Source: Balanoglossus misakiensis (taxonomy: Eukaryota; Animalia; Hemichordata). From it: 64,000 nt of DNA. The notes under the pieces are model-generated. The model was not told where the DNA came from. It was given only the letters and a program-made list of their open reading frames with translations, and did not search any database. The stretch lies in NCBI GenBank assembly GCA_040954595.2, contig CM082578.2, forward strand, positions 10,485,166-10,549,165, in the 5' to 3' direction. The stretch's first letter is position 1. Every line of letters begins with the position of its first letter. Of this stretch, positions 29,601 through 43,308 are shown piece by piece. The position numbers and the translations under genes were made by a program.

Positions 29601-32600
29601 ACCCATAAATCACTGCCGATCGTTATCAATCATTTTACCACAAAAAAAGTCGCTGCCACGCGACGTCGTAGTCGACTAAATTATCTCCCCTCATCCGATT
29701 CATTCCCTCATTTCATTTACCAATGAAGGAATGCTCGTCAACTCGTCAGTCAATTAATTAATTAATCTTTCGAGTGTTTGAATCGATGCACTGGTCTCTT
29801 TATCTGATCACCCTTGTATTTGAGTTGTTAAGGTTTTTTTTTTATTTCCGCCTGTGGAGAAAATTGGCTGCCGTTATTGATTAGTGGTGCGGTGAAAAGC
29901 GACACCCTGTCTGTTCATTGAATTGAACTGATGACAGTAGATGTCAATTGATTACGTCCACACACTGGTGTGCGTTGAAAGAAACCAGACTCCTGCAACC
30001 ATGCACGCAGGCCTGAAGGACTGACACCTCCAGGCTGGTTGGCTAGTGCTGGAGATTTCAGGCAAGCCGGACATTTCCATGCAATATGCCACATTCACTT
30101 TAGGTGTGCAGTGTGCAATAAAGCAGGCAAAAACTCAGCAAATACATCACTGTGATATTAATTGGGTCAAAACACAAAAGAGAGGTGTGCAGAATTGCTA
30201 GACAGGTTACTATGCTCCATTTATATAAAAAGTTAGACAGACTTTCCTTAGTGAATCCAGTGGGACTGATATCACATCCAGATAAAACCTACTGTCACGT
30301 TCTATGGCTTATCCACCTCATCTCACAGGTGTGTACGTGTAATTGCTAAATGTGCTGAAATTTGTTTCTCGTCTGCAAACAACTGTAAAGTAGCTAGCAG
30401 AAAATAACAGTATGGGGCTCTGAAGTTGCTGCTTATGTTGCTATGGTAATACCAATTCAGGACCTCCTGAGTAATGAAGAATGACGAACAGACACAGGAA
30501 ATCCAATTAGTCGGGTTTTGAAGAAACAACCCCCCAAGCTTCCGCCCCGAGACTCCTTCGCCAATTGAATTCAGGGTCTGTAGAGTTTAACACGGGGCAT
30601 TAACAGCAATTGAATCCCACTTCAGGAAATGCTTACAGCGGGTTTAAATCTCTGGACACCGCGTAACAAGTTAGCTGGCTGTCCAATATTTTGTAAGACA
30701 ATTTCTGTGTATAACCGGCTTCGCTCAGACATGAAAGGTGCAGAGGGTCTTGGTTCCTGGAATCCAATGCCTTGATGTGTGTAATGGTGTGTGACTGTTG
30801 ACAGCTATTCCTCTGTGCTGGGATTATGTTTCTGTATATACACGTACGTTTGTATCAGCAGCAATATTGGATGTACATGTACATGTAGTTGACAGAATCT
30901 GGGCAACATAAAACATTTGAAAAACAAGATCAGAACATAAAAGCCTATGTTATTTAATACCACTAATAGATGTTCTCAGTTCATAATCTACAAATGCATC
31001 GGTTTGCCAGATGCATATGACTACATGTACATGTACGTGTCCACTAGTCTGTTTCAAGCTGAGATGTAGTAATTACAACTGCCCAATCAATAGCTTCTGG
31101 TGTGGTTCAAGACGACATAAACATGGTTACTGCAATGCCCCATTGCCGTTGTTATGTCTAAAGTAGCAGCAGCCAATTACATCTTCACTCAGCAACTTAC
31201 ATCACCGAACAAGCCATTAAACCCTCTAGCTCATCTGGTTAAAAGTTATACTGCTTCCGACAGTTTCCCTTGCCACAGCCGTAAGTCACTCTCTTTTATG
31301 CCTCTCGCCTGCGCCCTCCAGGGGTCAGAGGTCGCGAATCCGAACACCCGAGCATCATGCATGCATGTTCATCCTCCCATATAAGTTTTCCCTAGCCTCG
31401 GATAATAGAATTTTCAGTCATGCATTGGGCCAGATAAGCATCTTCCGCAGAAGTCTGCAGTCAAATGAACGCAGGGATGTCCTTGCATATTAAAAGACTT
31501 CATCTGGGGCATACCAGAAGGCTAAATGGGGTCTTACTACGTATTGCCTGGCAGTGCTGCTCTGAGTATCTGTATCTTTTCACATTTATATTTCAGTAAT
31601 TTTTTTGTCCTGAATGTGTACATGTACGATCGGTAAAATTAAGCCAGAGCTATTTCATGGATCAATATTATGAAAAAGTTATTGAAGTGTTGCATTTAGG
31701 AAATATAACCATCCATGTACAATAAACATGATATTCAGTTGTCCAAATCTTGATTATTTTGTCAATTCATATTTCCTACTTTTTGTTGTTTCTGAGACCT
31801 ACAAGCATTTCAGATTCACTTTAATAGTGCATTGGGAAAAAATGAAGTTGAATTGATCAGATATTTCCATTGGACATTTCATTGCATTTTAATGAACAAT
31901 AATCGATGATTTAAATTTTAGGAAAAGGAAGTGTGTGAGCAACTGTGTATGCATTCTACTGGAGAATTCCAATGAATGATTGTCAGAAATGACAATGGAG
32001 CTGATTTAATGTGTGCGCATGGATTAGTTTATGAAGAAAATGTCAAAATCCGGATAGGAAAGATGCTTGAAAAAACATCTCGAGGCTTTGAGAGTGCAGA
32101 TTTCAGATATGTGCTGGAGTGTTAAATAAACAGATTAAAGCACATTTTTCCGCGAGCCCAGATGACAACCCGTCAGGCGGAATTGTATGGCTCAGCCGTG
32201 GTCTCGATTTGCGGAGATCAGATCGGTGTGAACTCGGATGCACTCAGAAGCCGAGTTGTCATGGAGACAAGGCAATTAGAAACACACGCTGAGATGAGCC
32301 GCTGTCTTGCTGAGAGTTTTATGACCCGCCATGCGTAAAATTGATCTAACTGTGCAGGACTTCTTTTGTCCCCACCTCCATGCTGAGCTTGCTAAAAAAA
32401 ATGGTCTTCGCGCATTGATTAGGGATTCCGCATTGTGCAGAACAGTCGTCTGACATTATCGATAGCCGTTGCAGGCAGCTGCATACGTCATTCAATTCAG
32501 TGCAAGTCAGTGTCACATGTTGTATTAAAAAGAAATTTTTTGTACTTTTCTCCTGCGAATTAACGCTTGTGTTATTGAAACCCCGGGAGTAGTTTCATTC

Positions 32601-35600
32601 CAGCTGTAAATATATAGAGGACTTTTAACCTCGGAATGCGCACATCGCTCATGTCATGAAACCTGTAGTGATGATTGCAATCACCGTTGTCAGAGCTTTG
32701 GTGATTTATTGTGCACTCTTTCAAGTTTCAGTGGGGAAATTGTTCCTTCACGCACTTTCTCTGACTGTAATATAATATAAACAATTATCCTGTGAATAAA
32801 ACTCTTGAGTTGTGGGAATGTATCTCAGCAATGAGTGCAATGTGACTGATTGAAAATGTTCATTTGATTGACACTGCCTCACAGCTGATGATCTCTGTGT
32901 GATATGACTTTTGGAATCTATAAATTTGGGAAATGGGAAAAGGCGAATGTTTATCAAGGATGAACCAATATCAAATATGGACAATTGGCAGTCAGTAGCA
33001 ATAACGTTGTATAATTAATGGCTCTGAAATATAAATAACACTCTGTTATTATATTTAGAAAAAGTTTGAAGTATGCCTCCCAAAATGCAGAAAAGATAAA
33101 GCCCATCTCGTTGGTCTCTTATGCGAGTACTTAAATTCATATGCTATCTCATTTGGAAAGATTTAATTGAAAGTTGTTAGGATCACTCAAGCATTATTTA
33201 ATGAGATTTGGGGTTTAGCAATCAATGAAAGCCACTGCGGCTGAAGTCTGGTTAGAAACTATTGGAGGAAACTATTAAAGAAAGAAAGATTAAACCAGTA
33301 ATGAAGGAGGTTTTTATCTCTGCTGGTCCTAACATGTACTGCATTCAAACTACTCATTGTTTTATCGAAAAAGGGGAGTTCTTATGGTTGTTGACAACTA
33401 TGAACTTTGAATGCAAATTTTTCGCCCCAATTCCTGTGAATATATCAATCCCACAATTGAAAAAGCACAAGTTTGTACCAAGATGCAGTCGATGTAAAGG
33501 TTTAGACTGATGTCTACCGAAAATATACCAAGGTGTGACATTGAATTTTACTTATTTGTCAAATTTAATTGGCTTTCATTGAAAAATATGAGAAGGTAAA
33601 TTTATGGAGGCTTTGGGCAATAGTGGGTATTTTGGGAAGCATGAGTTAGCTGGACTGGGATTACTTTCAATCAGGTCCATTATTAATATGTACGATAAAT
33701 GTGCCTCGGGGCTGGTAGATAGTTTATATCGTAAGATTTGATGAAAGAATTTGTAGAATTTTGCGAAATGACCATTGGGCTAAACTAGTAAATCATTTCA
33801 TAGGCTTCACAAATGATTTCTGTTTTGCCAGAGGCTGACCGGGTAATCTAGTCGTTAGGTTTGTGAAGTTGCAGTCAATCATAGAGGGGAGAGGGGGAAT
33901 GGGAGTTTTTTTAAGCAGTGCAAAGGTCAGCGATCGGAATGATTGATATACGAACTTATGATCTTGAGTGAGTGAAAAAGTGCCTTTTTGCAAAAAAATG
34001 AATGGAAACTGGAACAATGTAATAAATCAAGCTACAGAGGCCATTTGCCATTTCCAGTTCCACAATGCATTGCGTGTTTAACCTACACTGATGCAGACAA
34101 CACTCTGGACATCCTCTTTTCATTTTCTTAGCTCACGTCTTCTCAAATGTGATATTTCTGAAACTACTGTACTTAATTTGTCAAATTGTTCGAAAGAAAT
34201 AAAAAAAAATAAGTGTACACTTCGTTTCTAACATTTAATATGCCTGCATGACATATGTAAAGATGCTTACAACGGGATTGTCAGATTATCATGGAGTGTA
34301 GCTGGTACCTGACATTTTTATTTGCAGATGAGTAAGGCCTCTATCTATCAGAAACTAGACTTTAAGACTTTAATGATAAGCTTCCATCCATAATTACAGT
34401 TCATCAATAACACTGCAAATCTTGTACGGTTTACTACTTTTATGTTCCTTATCAGCCGATGTAACTCTTACATTCATTCCGGGTCTATAAACAAGATCAC
34501 AATCTGTTCTCCGGATTGTATTTTTTACAGGCCGTATTTTATATAAGTGTACATCCATCTTAGTCGTGTTGCCGGCCTTGCAGTCTTAGCACTCATCTCA
34601 CGTGATTGATTGCTGTGAAATTTCAGTTGAGTGGTGTAGTCAGGTGTATGGTTGCTGTCTAGATTCCCTCGTAGTCTGCCCGTGGGCTTTCTGTTGAAGC
34701 AGTTAAACCATGCTGTCACTCGGTGGTTGATTCTGATCCGATTGCACTTTCTGCCAGTTCGTATGGTATCAGCCATAAATTCATCAATGTGTGTGTGTTA
34801 CATGATTATGTTCTCAGTCTGTAGTGCTTCCCTTGGTCTGCAGAATTCATTCCAGGGCTGATGAAGCTGATAAATTTTTGAAATGAGATATTAAAACTTC
34901 TCACTTTTATGTTAAAGTCATTATTATGCATGTATTTTACAAATCCTTGCTTTTCTGTGATTTTTATCCATAATTCTTCCCATTCAGTCAAAATTAAAAT
35001 ATTTTTATTTTTTAATCTTGCAGTCACGAAGGATCGAGGATGACTTCTGCGGCACGGGGGAACTGCATCCCATTGGTATACGCACAGCGCTGCAGGCAGA
35101 GGACTATCTGTGGTACTCGGGACACGGAGTGACGTTTTCTTCCGTCCTGGTGACCATCTACGACAGCCACACTATAGTCCTCATAGGCACCACCACCGGG
35201 ACACTCATGAAGGTATATGCTCACGTTTGCTGTAACAGTTTCAAGACTGAATATAACTGGTCTACTTGCCAAGATGCCATTTTGACAAAAGCATCGCCAC
35301 AGGCCCTCGTTACGGCTCTAATGATTCGTAGAAAATGAGCTCCACTGATGTTCAGTTCAGTTAGCTCCGAGCAGAAACGAGAGCCATCAAAGGCCGATAG
35401 CCATCTTGCCTGTGTAGACAAACTTAGCATCTTTAATGACCATCCACTATAAAATGCCCTCTCATTTGCCAGAGATGGCTGGTGTATTTTTCTGTGAGAT
35501 TAGTGAATGTATCTATCCTGTGTGTTTACACAGACGTGATTTTCTCTGGAATGTTAATCGTGAGCACATCACCTCTTGGTGGCCGGCGAAGCATGTGGTC

Positions 35601-38600
35601 TTTCTTGTTTGTTGAGAATCGGATAAACTGATTGTCTGTCATAAACTGTGATTGCTTCGTCAAGCCTGCTTGATCACACAGTTATTTAAACATTCACTGA
35701 TCATATAAGATGCTGCATCCCATTGTAGAGAGAAGATGGAATCAGTTTTAACACCAGATGAATAGTGGGAAGTAAAATTTATCAAACAAAATAGAACAAA
35801 GTGAAACCATTCCAGATACAGTGCACTCTCACATGTAGACTTGTCTTATCAGGTGTCTGAATGTCATTCCATGGAATCACGCAATGTTATTCCGTGGAAT
35901 CATGTCCTTTTGAAAGTTCTTGTTTTTGGCATGTTGAGTTTAATAGCTGAGGCAGGGTTCGTAAATTGACCCCTTGATTGCCGTTCAATTGTGAGAACCC
36001 CTTCTGTGATGTAGACAGATTTATAAGTTCAATATGATTATAGTCATGGAAACTTGAATGATGAACAATCAGCGAGAGCAACCTCAGCTGTAGCATTTCT
36101 TTGACTCCTTCTCTGCCAATCAGGACAGTACATGACATCAAGTGTTCATGAAGTGGTCACGTCATTCAAATGTTCCAATTGCACTCAAGATGCAGATAGA
36201 AAAGTCGTCAGCAAATATGAATGACTGCTGCCTATCGTCAAATGTAACAGATTTCTTTTAGGTCACCTTGTGCTGCGTGGCACAATGTGGCATTCAATTT
36301 GTTATCAGCAATTAAGGTGAAATTGCCAAGAGTTCCTGAAAAATTATAAGCAGCTCTATAAGAAATACAGTGATTTCACAGAGAACTGCTGAAAGCTTTC
36401 TGGCCACGCAAGCACATTTTTCAAGTTTGAATAAATTCAGGGTCTAATCAATCTGCAAGTTCTTTTCCTCTTAAATTACCATTATTGTATTTCCTATGTT
36501 GTCTGAGGTAAAGTATAAAGCTAGTGTTTTATAATACTTGCACGGCAAAAAATTATACTGATGTTGTGTTTGTGTTGTTGGTTGCAGGTGATTATTGATG
36601 CTGAGGGGGAAAACTCGCCCTACGCTTTGCGTAAACCTTATCAGAACATCACATTAAGTGCGGGAGTGCCGGTTAAACAAGACATGGCTTTGGACATCAC
36701 TAAAGAGTATGTTTATGTCATGACGCCCCACCAGGTCAGTAGAATTCGTGCACAGAATACACTGCGGTCCAGCAATTACACAAGGACATATCTTGTTTAT
36801 CTTTGCACTCAAGCAAGGCAATTACAATACTACATGTATATATGTACAACATTGTCTACTTTGGAAATCTCAACATCACCGAACACTTTTGTTTGTATTT
36901 TGTGAGTGTCCAATTGTATACTAACAGCATGTCTGCTCATTTTCAGTTGTTCAAACTCCCAGTGCATTCATGCAGTCTCTACACAGACTGTTCTGTTTGT
37001 GTGACCACACCAGACCCAATTGGATGTGGTTGGTGTGACGGCAATGGCTACTGTTCAACCCAGGACAACTGCTACGGCACTGGTGTGATATGGGGAAGAG
37101 GCACCTGCCCGCCAGCAATTCATTCTGTGAGTTATTTGCAGTGTGGTAGAATTCTCTTCTGTCGTCTTATTTTGCTGCTGCCAATCATCTCTTTTTTTTA
37201 CTACAGAGTGCAGGCACACAGCTTTGATATAATGACAGAACATTGATAATATTATCGATAATTACACCTTCAGATCTCACCTTTGGAAGGTCCCGTTGGA
37301 GGTGGCACCATACTGCACATCAAGGGAGACAATCTGGGAGTGGGCATTGGGGCAAATACACACCAAATAACGGTAGCTGGTCAGCTGTGTTTACCACTAC
37401 CTGAGACCAGTGATCTTTATGAGTAAGTAGTCATTATATCAAATAAAGAATGTGTGTGGGGAAAAGGGTGGGTGTATGATTTTGATAGCTTGATGAAAAT
37501 GTTTTATTTAGCATCCCGCTCATATTCTCAGAGTACTGTTTTGGTTTACTACATGTACAGTTATCAGAAATTTCATTTTGAGTGAGTGAGTGAATGAGCG
37601 AGCGAGCAAGTGAGTGAGTGGGTGGTTGAATGTGCCTTGCCCCCAGTTATGTACCAACATCAACACTGTGGTGAGATTTGTGATGGACACTTGAACTCTT
37701 TCGATCATTTGCAGGCTGCAGTGCAACACAACAGAAAGCAGCGGGGCCAGCAGAGGTCCAGTGGTGGCGGTCATCTCAAACGTCCAGGACGAGTCAGTGC
37801 CGTACATCATCACAGGAACCCAGGCATCATCTCAGATATACTCCTACGTGGTGAGTCCACACACAGAGCAGTCCATTGGACGGACTGTCTCTCATTTACT
37901 GGTGTAGTCAGTATGACATCATTACTTTTAGTGGTTGATTATATGAGAGAAGAGACTTACCAATTCACTTGATTTGAAAGATGAAATTTTGGGAAGTGAG
38001 ACATAAATGTTAAATGTCTGCAAATATTTGATTAGTTTCATGTTGTTTCTTAGTTGTGATTTACTCAGGACCCTATTCTCAGACGTTTTAAGCGCTAAAC
38101 AAAATGCTCAATGTAATGTTTTATTGTTTGGACAGATATAGAGGGAAATGAAACGAGACTAAACAGTTTCACGTCCTTTCTCTGAACAGGAACCTGAACT
38201 TAGCAGCTTCAGTCCAAAGAACGGTGCTCAGTCCGGGGGAGCAAAGATGACGATCAACGGCAAGCATTTCGATGTCGGTACGCACAGAGCCGTCATGGTG
38301 GCCGGTCAGCCATGTCACATCACCTCGTAAGTTATATATGCAAATATGACCTCAACAATTACGAAGAAGAGAGCTGACATATGTCCTTGTAGTCTGCATA
38401 TAGCCTCGAGGTGGGGGGGGGGGGGGTGTACTTCAGTAAGTCGTCTGGGTGTATGTGGCCCCTTGGGCTGAACTTTATGCACATTTATAAACCAAACTCC
38501 CAGAATTAAGTACCGGTAACCCACTTCTTAATCAGGGTCCAAAATGGTAACCCACTTCCAGGTGAATCTTGCATGAAGAGTTGACACGTACACCCATGGA

Positions 38601-41600
38601 CTTTTTAATGACTTTGACAGTATGGATCACTACAGCTTGCTATATAATTGGAATGTTTCCGTTTTTTTCGCCAGGTTTTCCTACAATCAAATTTATTGTA
38701 CAACATCATCGTCGACAGAAATGGCGTTCGGTCCGGTTGAAATCAAGATCGATGGCACTGTGTTGGTCAGCGAGAGCAATTTCAACTACACTACAAATCC
38801 AAGTATCACAGATGTGTATCCCAGAAAGACGTTCCTCAGGTGCGTTTGATGTAGAATTTCTGTTTACTACACAAATACACACATGTCAAACATAGGCACG
38901 CACGCACTCTTTCCCCGAGACATTAATGTGACACGTCCTGTGCCCTATTACAGCGGTGGAGCACCTCTGACTGTGACGGGTCACAATTTGCACATCGTGT
39001 CGGAGATGACCATGGTTGCCATGGTAACCACCAGCTTTGGACATGAAACCATCACGGAGGTGAGTAATAACCCTCAGATTCGAGAGTAAAGAAGATGATG
39101 GAATTGGAGAGATTTAGGGAAGTGAAACTAGTATCATGACTGTCCAAATTTATTTTTGGGTGAAAAACAATGATACAGAGATCGTGCAGTCCTTTCTGTG
39201 CTTTTCAAACTTTATAGATTAATGCTTTTAATACATCATGTGGAAGTATATTTTAATGCTGTCCAAAACTGAAACATTTATCAAACGTTGCATGACCTCA
39301 GTACCCTAAGTGAGTTGTATCTGCTTGCTGAAATGTCAGTATTCAGAGTGCATGGATCAGAATAAATTTTGTGAACAACTCCAGGGGTTGTTCGTAAACA
39401 TATACCGGTATGTGCTGCCATAAATTGAGTCCTGATGAGTGGCTGTGTTCTGCGATGTATTTTAGTAAACCAGTGAGGATGGCACTGTGCATTTTGACCA
39501 TGGATGTCACTGAACAACGACTATGCAGACTTAACTGACATCACATTATAAATATTTCCTCTTCCATTCATCCAGACTTGCCAGCCAGCCGCCAACGGTT
39601 TATCGGCATCATGTCCGGCACCAAACGTCGGCCAGACAGGCGTGATTGCATCCAAGGACAAACCAATAGAAGTGATCATGTCGTTTTCATTGGACGGTAT
39701 GGTGATAGCCTCCGCCGAAAACAAAACATTGGCCTGGGACACATTCACATACTACCCGGATCCCGTCTATTTCAAATTCCCAGAACCGGAAAATCTCAGG
39801 AAACTAGCCGACGATAGGTTTTTTCTGTATATTGATGTAAGTCAAAGCTATTGATTTTTTTTTATGTCTCATAGTATAAAATACTTATGTGTGATATTAT
39901 GTGTGTACAGTACCTCTTTACGCAAATTTTGTCCTTTTTTTTGCCCCCCCGACAGGGAATTCACCTGAACTTGTCGAACACCAAAGATGACGTCAGAGTT
40001 GTCGTGGGGAATAGTCAGTGTAATGTCACCAAGTTACTCTTTGATCTCTGTATCTGTTCCCCTCCAAAGAGACAAAACCACACCAGACTCAACGAACCTA
40101 GGAGAAAGGTTGAGGTGAGAGGAGGAGGAGAATTCATGGTGCTCAGAGTGAAGCTGTATGGCATGATTGTTTCATGTATTGTGTTTCAAAATGATGAAGA
40201 CCATTTCCGAAAACGGCGGAATAAGCACACGTCTATACTATTTTATTTGTCACATACCTCGTCTATTTGGCAATGGAGGACTGTCTTTGTAACAAAATTG
40301 GTGGAAAATAGATCACTTGAGGCACTCAACCCTTTCACCACATTACTTTGGTGAATTCCTATCATCTTTAATGGTAAATTTGGACCAGTATACATGAATA
40401 ACGGGAGAGGGGCTTTATCCTACAATTTCCGAATGTGAAATTGCATATTGTATGCTAGCTGTTCTCCCTTTGAACGCAGACAGAAATCATTAAAAGTGAT
40501 CCCCTCTTCAAGACACTAACCATATTGATGAAAAAAATTACCACAGCTAAATATGTGAAGATGAAGATGGGAAAAAAATCATGTCCAAATGTTAAAATTT
40601 GCAGGTCTACGTCGGCAACCTGGAGTTTGAGATTGGTCATTTACAGTACGTGGACTACGTGCAAAAGAGCTTCAAATGGCAGTACGTAGTGACGGTGCTT
40701 CTGCTGGTCATCACCGCGGCCATCCTGGGCGTGGTGTTCTGGAGGTACCGCCAGAAGAAGCAGAGGAAGAGGAAGAAATTCTTGATGATGCAGGATGAGA
40801 CCGACTACTCGGTGATGTATCGGGCCAATCCCAACAGCACTGAATGCACACCTCAGAGACCAAGAAGACAGGGCAGTAGAAACAGTAAGTAGTTCAAATC
40901 ACTATCATCGCGTAAAGTTAAAATGCAAAAAAAGGCTATGAGGTGTTTGGTTTCTTTACTATTGAAAAATTTTAATGTTTATCTCAAAACCTGTCATTTT
41001 CTTCAGCGTATTTCTCTGGACCAGGAGGGACGGGCGCAAGTTATGATGATGATGCACCCCTGCTGTCACAGATTGATAAAGATCTGGCCCTCCTTATTAG
41101 CGATGTCACTGTTGAGAGAAGAAATTTAGAGCTCATGAAAGTGGTCGGCAGAGGTGAGTGGCGTATATACATTTGTGACTCACGTTGACTGTTCTGCTAA
41201 ACACTGCCCTCTAGAGTTGATCCTAACTTCATTTTACTACATGTACCTGCAAGTGCATCATTTGTAAGTTCCTTCAATCTTCGTAGTCAACACAAACAAT
41301 GCCATCTCCTCTCCCCTGTCCCCCCTCCCCCCCTCAGGACACTTTGGACTCGTCTACCACGGATTGCTGAAAACCGACGATGGAGCCGAAACGCAGGTGG
41401 CCATCAAAACTTTGCTGGAAGGCAACGGAAGTGACATGGTGTCGTTTCTACGAGAGGGAGTCATGATGAAGGATTTCAAACACAAAAACGTTTTACAGTT
41501 AATCGGCGTCTGTGTGCACAAAAAAGAGTCGCCCTTAGTAATACTACCCTACATGAAGAATGGCGATCTGCTTAGTTTTATTAGAAATCCTGAAATGGTG

Positions 41601-43308
41601 AGACTCTATTTTTTTAGTGAATTGTGCTCCTCCTTTTAATAAAAAGCAACAGATGTCTGTAAAAGATTCATGAATTTTTAAAAAGTCAAGCATGCTAAGC
41701 ACAGAGGAACCGGGCAATATTATTGGAATTTTTGAAAAAAAATTCTGAAAGATTTCTCTCAGAGCAGCCCAGCTTCAATGATTTAAGAGTACAACATAAA
41801 TTTATCATATTCATTTGATTATAGTAATCTGCTCGATTATACGACCCCCTTCCAGATGTGAGCGTTCAACCAGTATGACCATATTTGGTCATCTTTTTTT
41901 TGCTTCCCTGCAGGATCCGACAGTGAGGGATCTGATCACGTTCTGCCTGCAGATTTCCGAGGGCATGGAATATTTATCGAGCCTGAAGTTCGTTCACAGA
42001 GACTTGGCAGCTAGGAACTGCATGCTGGATGACGATTTGACCGTCAAAGTGGCAGATTTCGGACTCTCGAGAGATATTTACGAGAGGGACTACTACAGTG
42101 CCAAAGACAAACACACTAAACTTCCAGTCAGGTGGATGGCTTTGGAGTCGTTGGAGAGAAATATATACAATAACAAAACGGATGTTGTGAGTGCGCCTGC
42201 CTTTCTGTCACTGATTGACACAATGATCACATGCTCTGACAGCAAAAATAATTTGATCAGTCGCATTCTCCGTTCTATGAATAGATAATGACTTCGCATA
42301 CATCAGTGCTTGATTGTCTTGTATTTACTTTTGTTCAGTGTACCAACCATAGCTTCATGTTTCGCTTCATGAAAAATCGTGTTGCAACACGGTATTACTG
42401 GTAGTAAGTTAGTCATCGCAGCCAAGGCCATCAATACTGTTGCCAAGAGCCAAATCACCACTGAGATGTGCTGTTTGCTTTTGTTACAGTGGTCATTTGG
42501 TGTTGTGCTGTGGGAGTTGATGACTCGGGGTGTGACGCCGTACCCATCGGTCGACAACTGGGATATTGCGAAATATTTGAGGAAAGGAAAAAGATTACCC
42601 CAGCCTCAGTTCTGTTCTGATGAACTGTAAGTTCCATTCGCCAGTTTTCTGATTTTTTCAGCCAAGCAAGATTCTTATTGGCTGACACCAACTTTGACAG
42701 CCATTCTCTTGCTGGCTTTCATTCCAATGAGGTTTCTCTAGCCAATCCTAATCCACCTTATACAAAGACAGTAGGCCCTTGCCCTCACCTCAGCAGCCAA
42801 AGGTAGCTGTATGGCCACCTGCTCAGTTGCTGTCTTGATAAGTTGTGGTCGGTGCATTAGATCTCTATACCAGTGACTTAGTGAGGTGCACTGTATTAGC
42901 AGATACATGTACACATGAGAGCGATATACTAGCTGATATCAAATCATTCAGACTACAGTTAGTGTGTGGATTTGGTTTCACAAAACAGCCATGCAGACTT
43001 CGTTGTTCATCCTTTCTATTTCCTCTTTTTTTTATCTATTCAGATATGACATCATGACCAACTGCTGGTCAGTTGTACCTGATGACAGGCCCTCATTTAC
43101 GGACCTGGTCTATCAGTTGAAGAGAATCTTAACGTCGGCAACCAACAGTAGATTTCTGGACATTGAAGCGGTCTACGTCAATATGCCGCGGAATGAATCG
43201 TATACGAAGGCGACCCGGGGAACGCCTTCCACGCTGACCCCGTCGCCCACGACGCCGTCGTCTCCCGGGTCGAGTGGACCAATGTATATGAATGCCAACA
43301 ATTGCTGA
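17674..43308 (+). CDS. MET/RON-family receptor tyrosine kinase with plexin-like Sema-PSI-IPT ectodomain; ~18 coding exons (approx. 17674-18526, 28510-28838, 35024-35212, 36588-36734, 36947-37126, 37274-37422, 37715-37850, 38190-38326, 38675-38839, 38954-39059, 39576-39836, 39956-40114, 40605-40885, 41007-41153, 41338-41597, 41914-42186, 42490-42626, 43044-43308)
   Basis: Signal peptide; Sema domain ([45 protein letters not shown]); PSI ([10 protein letters not shown]...CGWC); IPT repeats ([31 protein letters not shown]); TM ([20 protein letters not shown]) followed by [10 protein letters not shown]; kinase [53 protein letters not shown]; tail YVNM. Splice phases are consistent where checked. 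Confidence 0.92.
25229..25307. mobile_element. 79-bp TTAA-flanked MITE with piggyBac-type termini (intronic)
   Basis: TTAA-CCCTTTC ... GAAAGGG-TTAA: perfect terminal inverted repeats with a TTAA duplication. Internal sequence differs from family A. Confidence 0.7.
37579..37621. repeat. (GAGT/GAGC)n tetranucleotide microsatellite, intronic
   Basis: TGAGTGAGTGAGTGAATGAGCGAGCGAGCAAGTGAGTGAGTG visible. Confidence 0.8.
40328..40411. mobile_element. Degenerate family A MITE copy (RTK intron)
   Basis: AACCCTTTCACCACA...ATGGTAAATTTGGACCAGTATAC... resembles the copy at 61935-62028; the right end is decayed. Confidence 0.5.
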
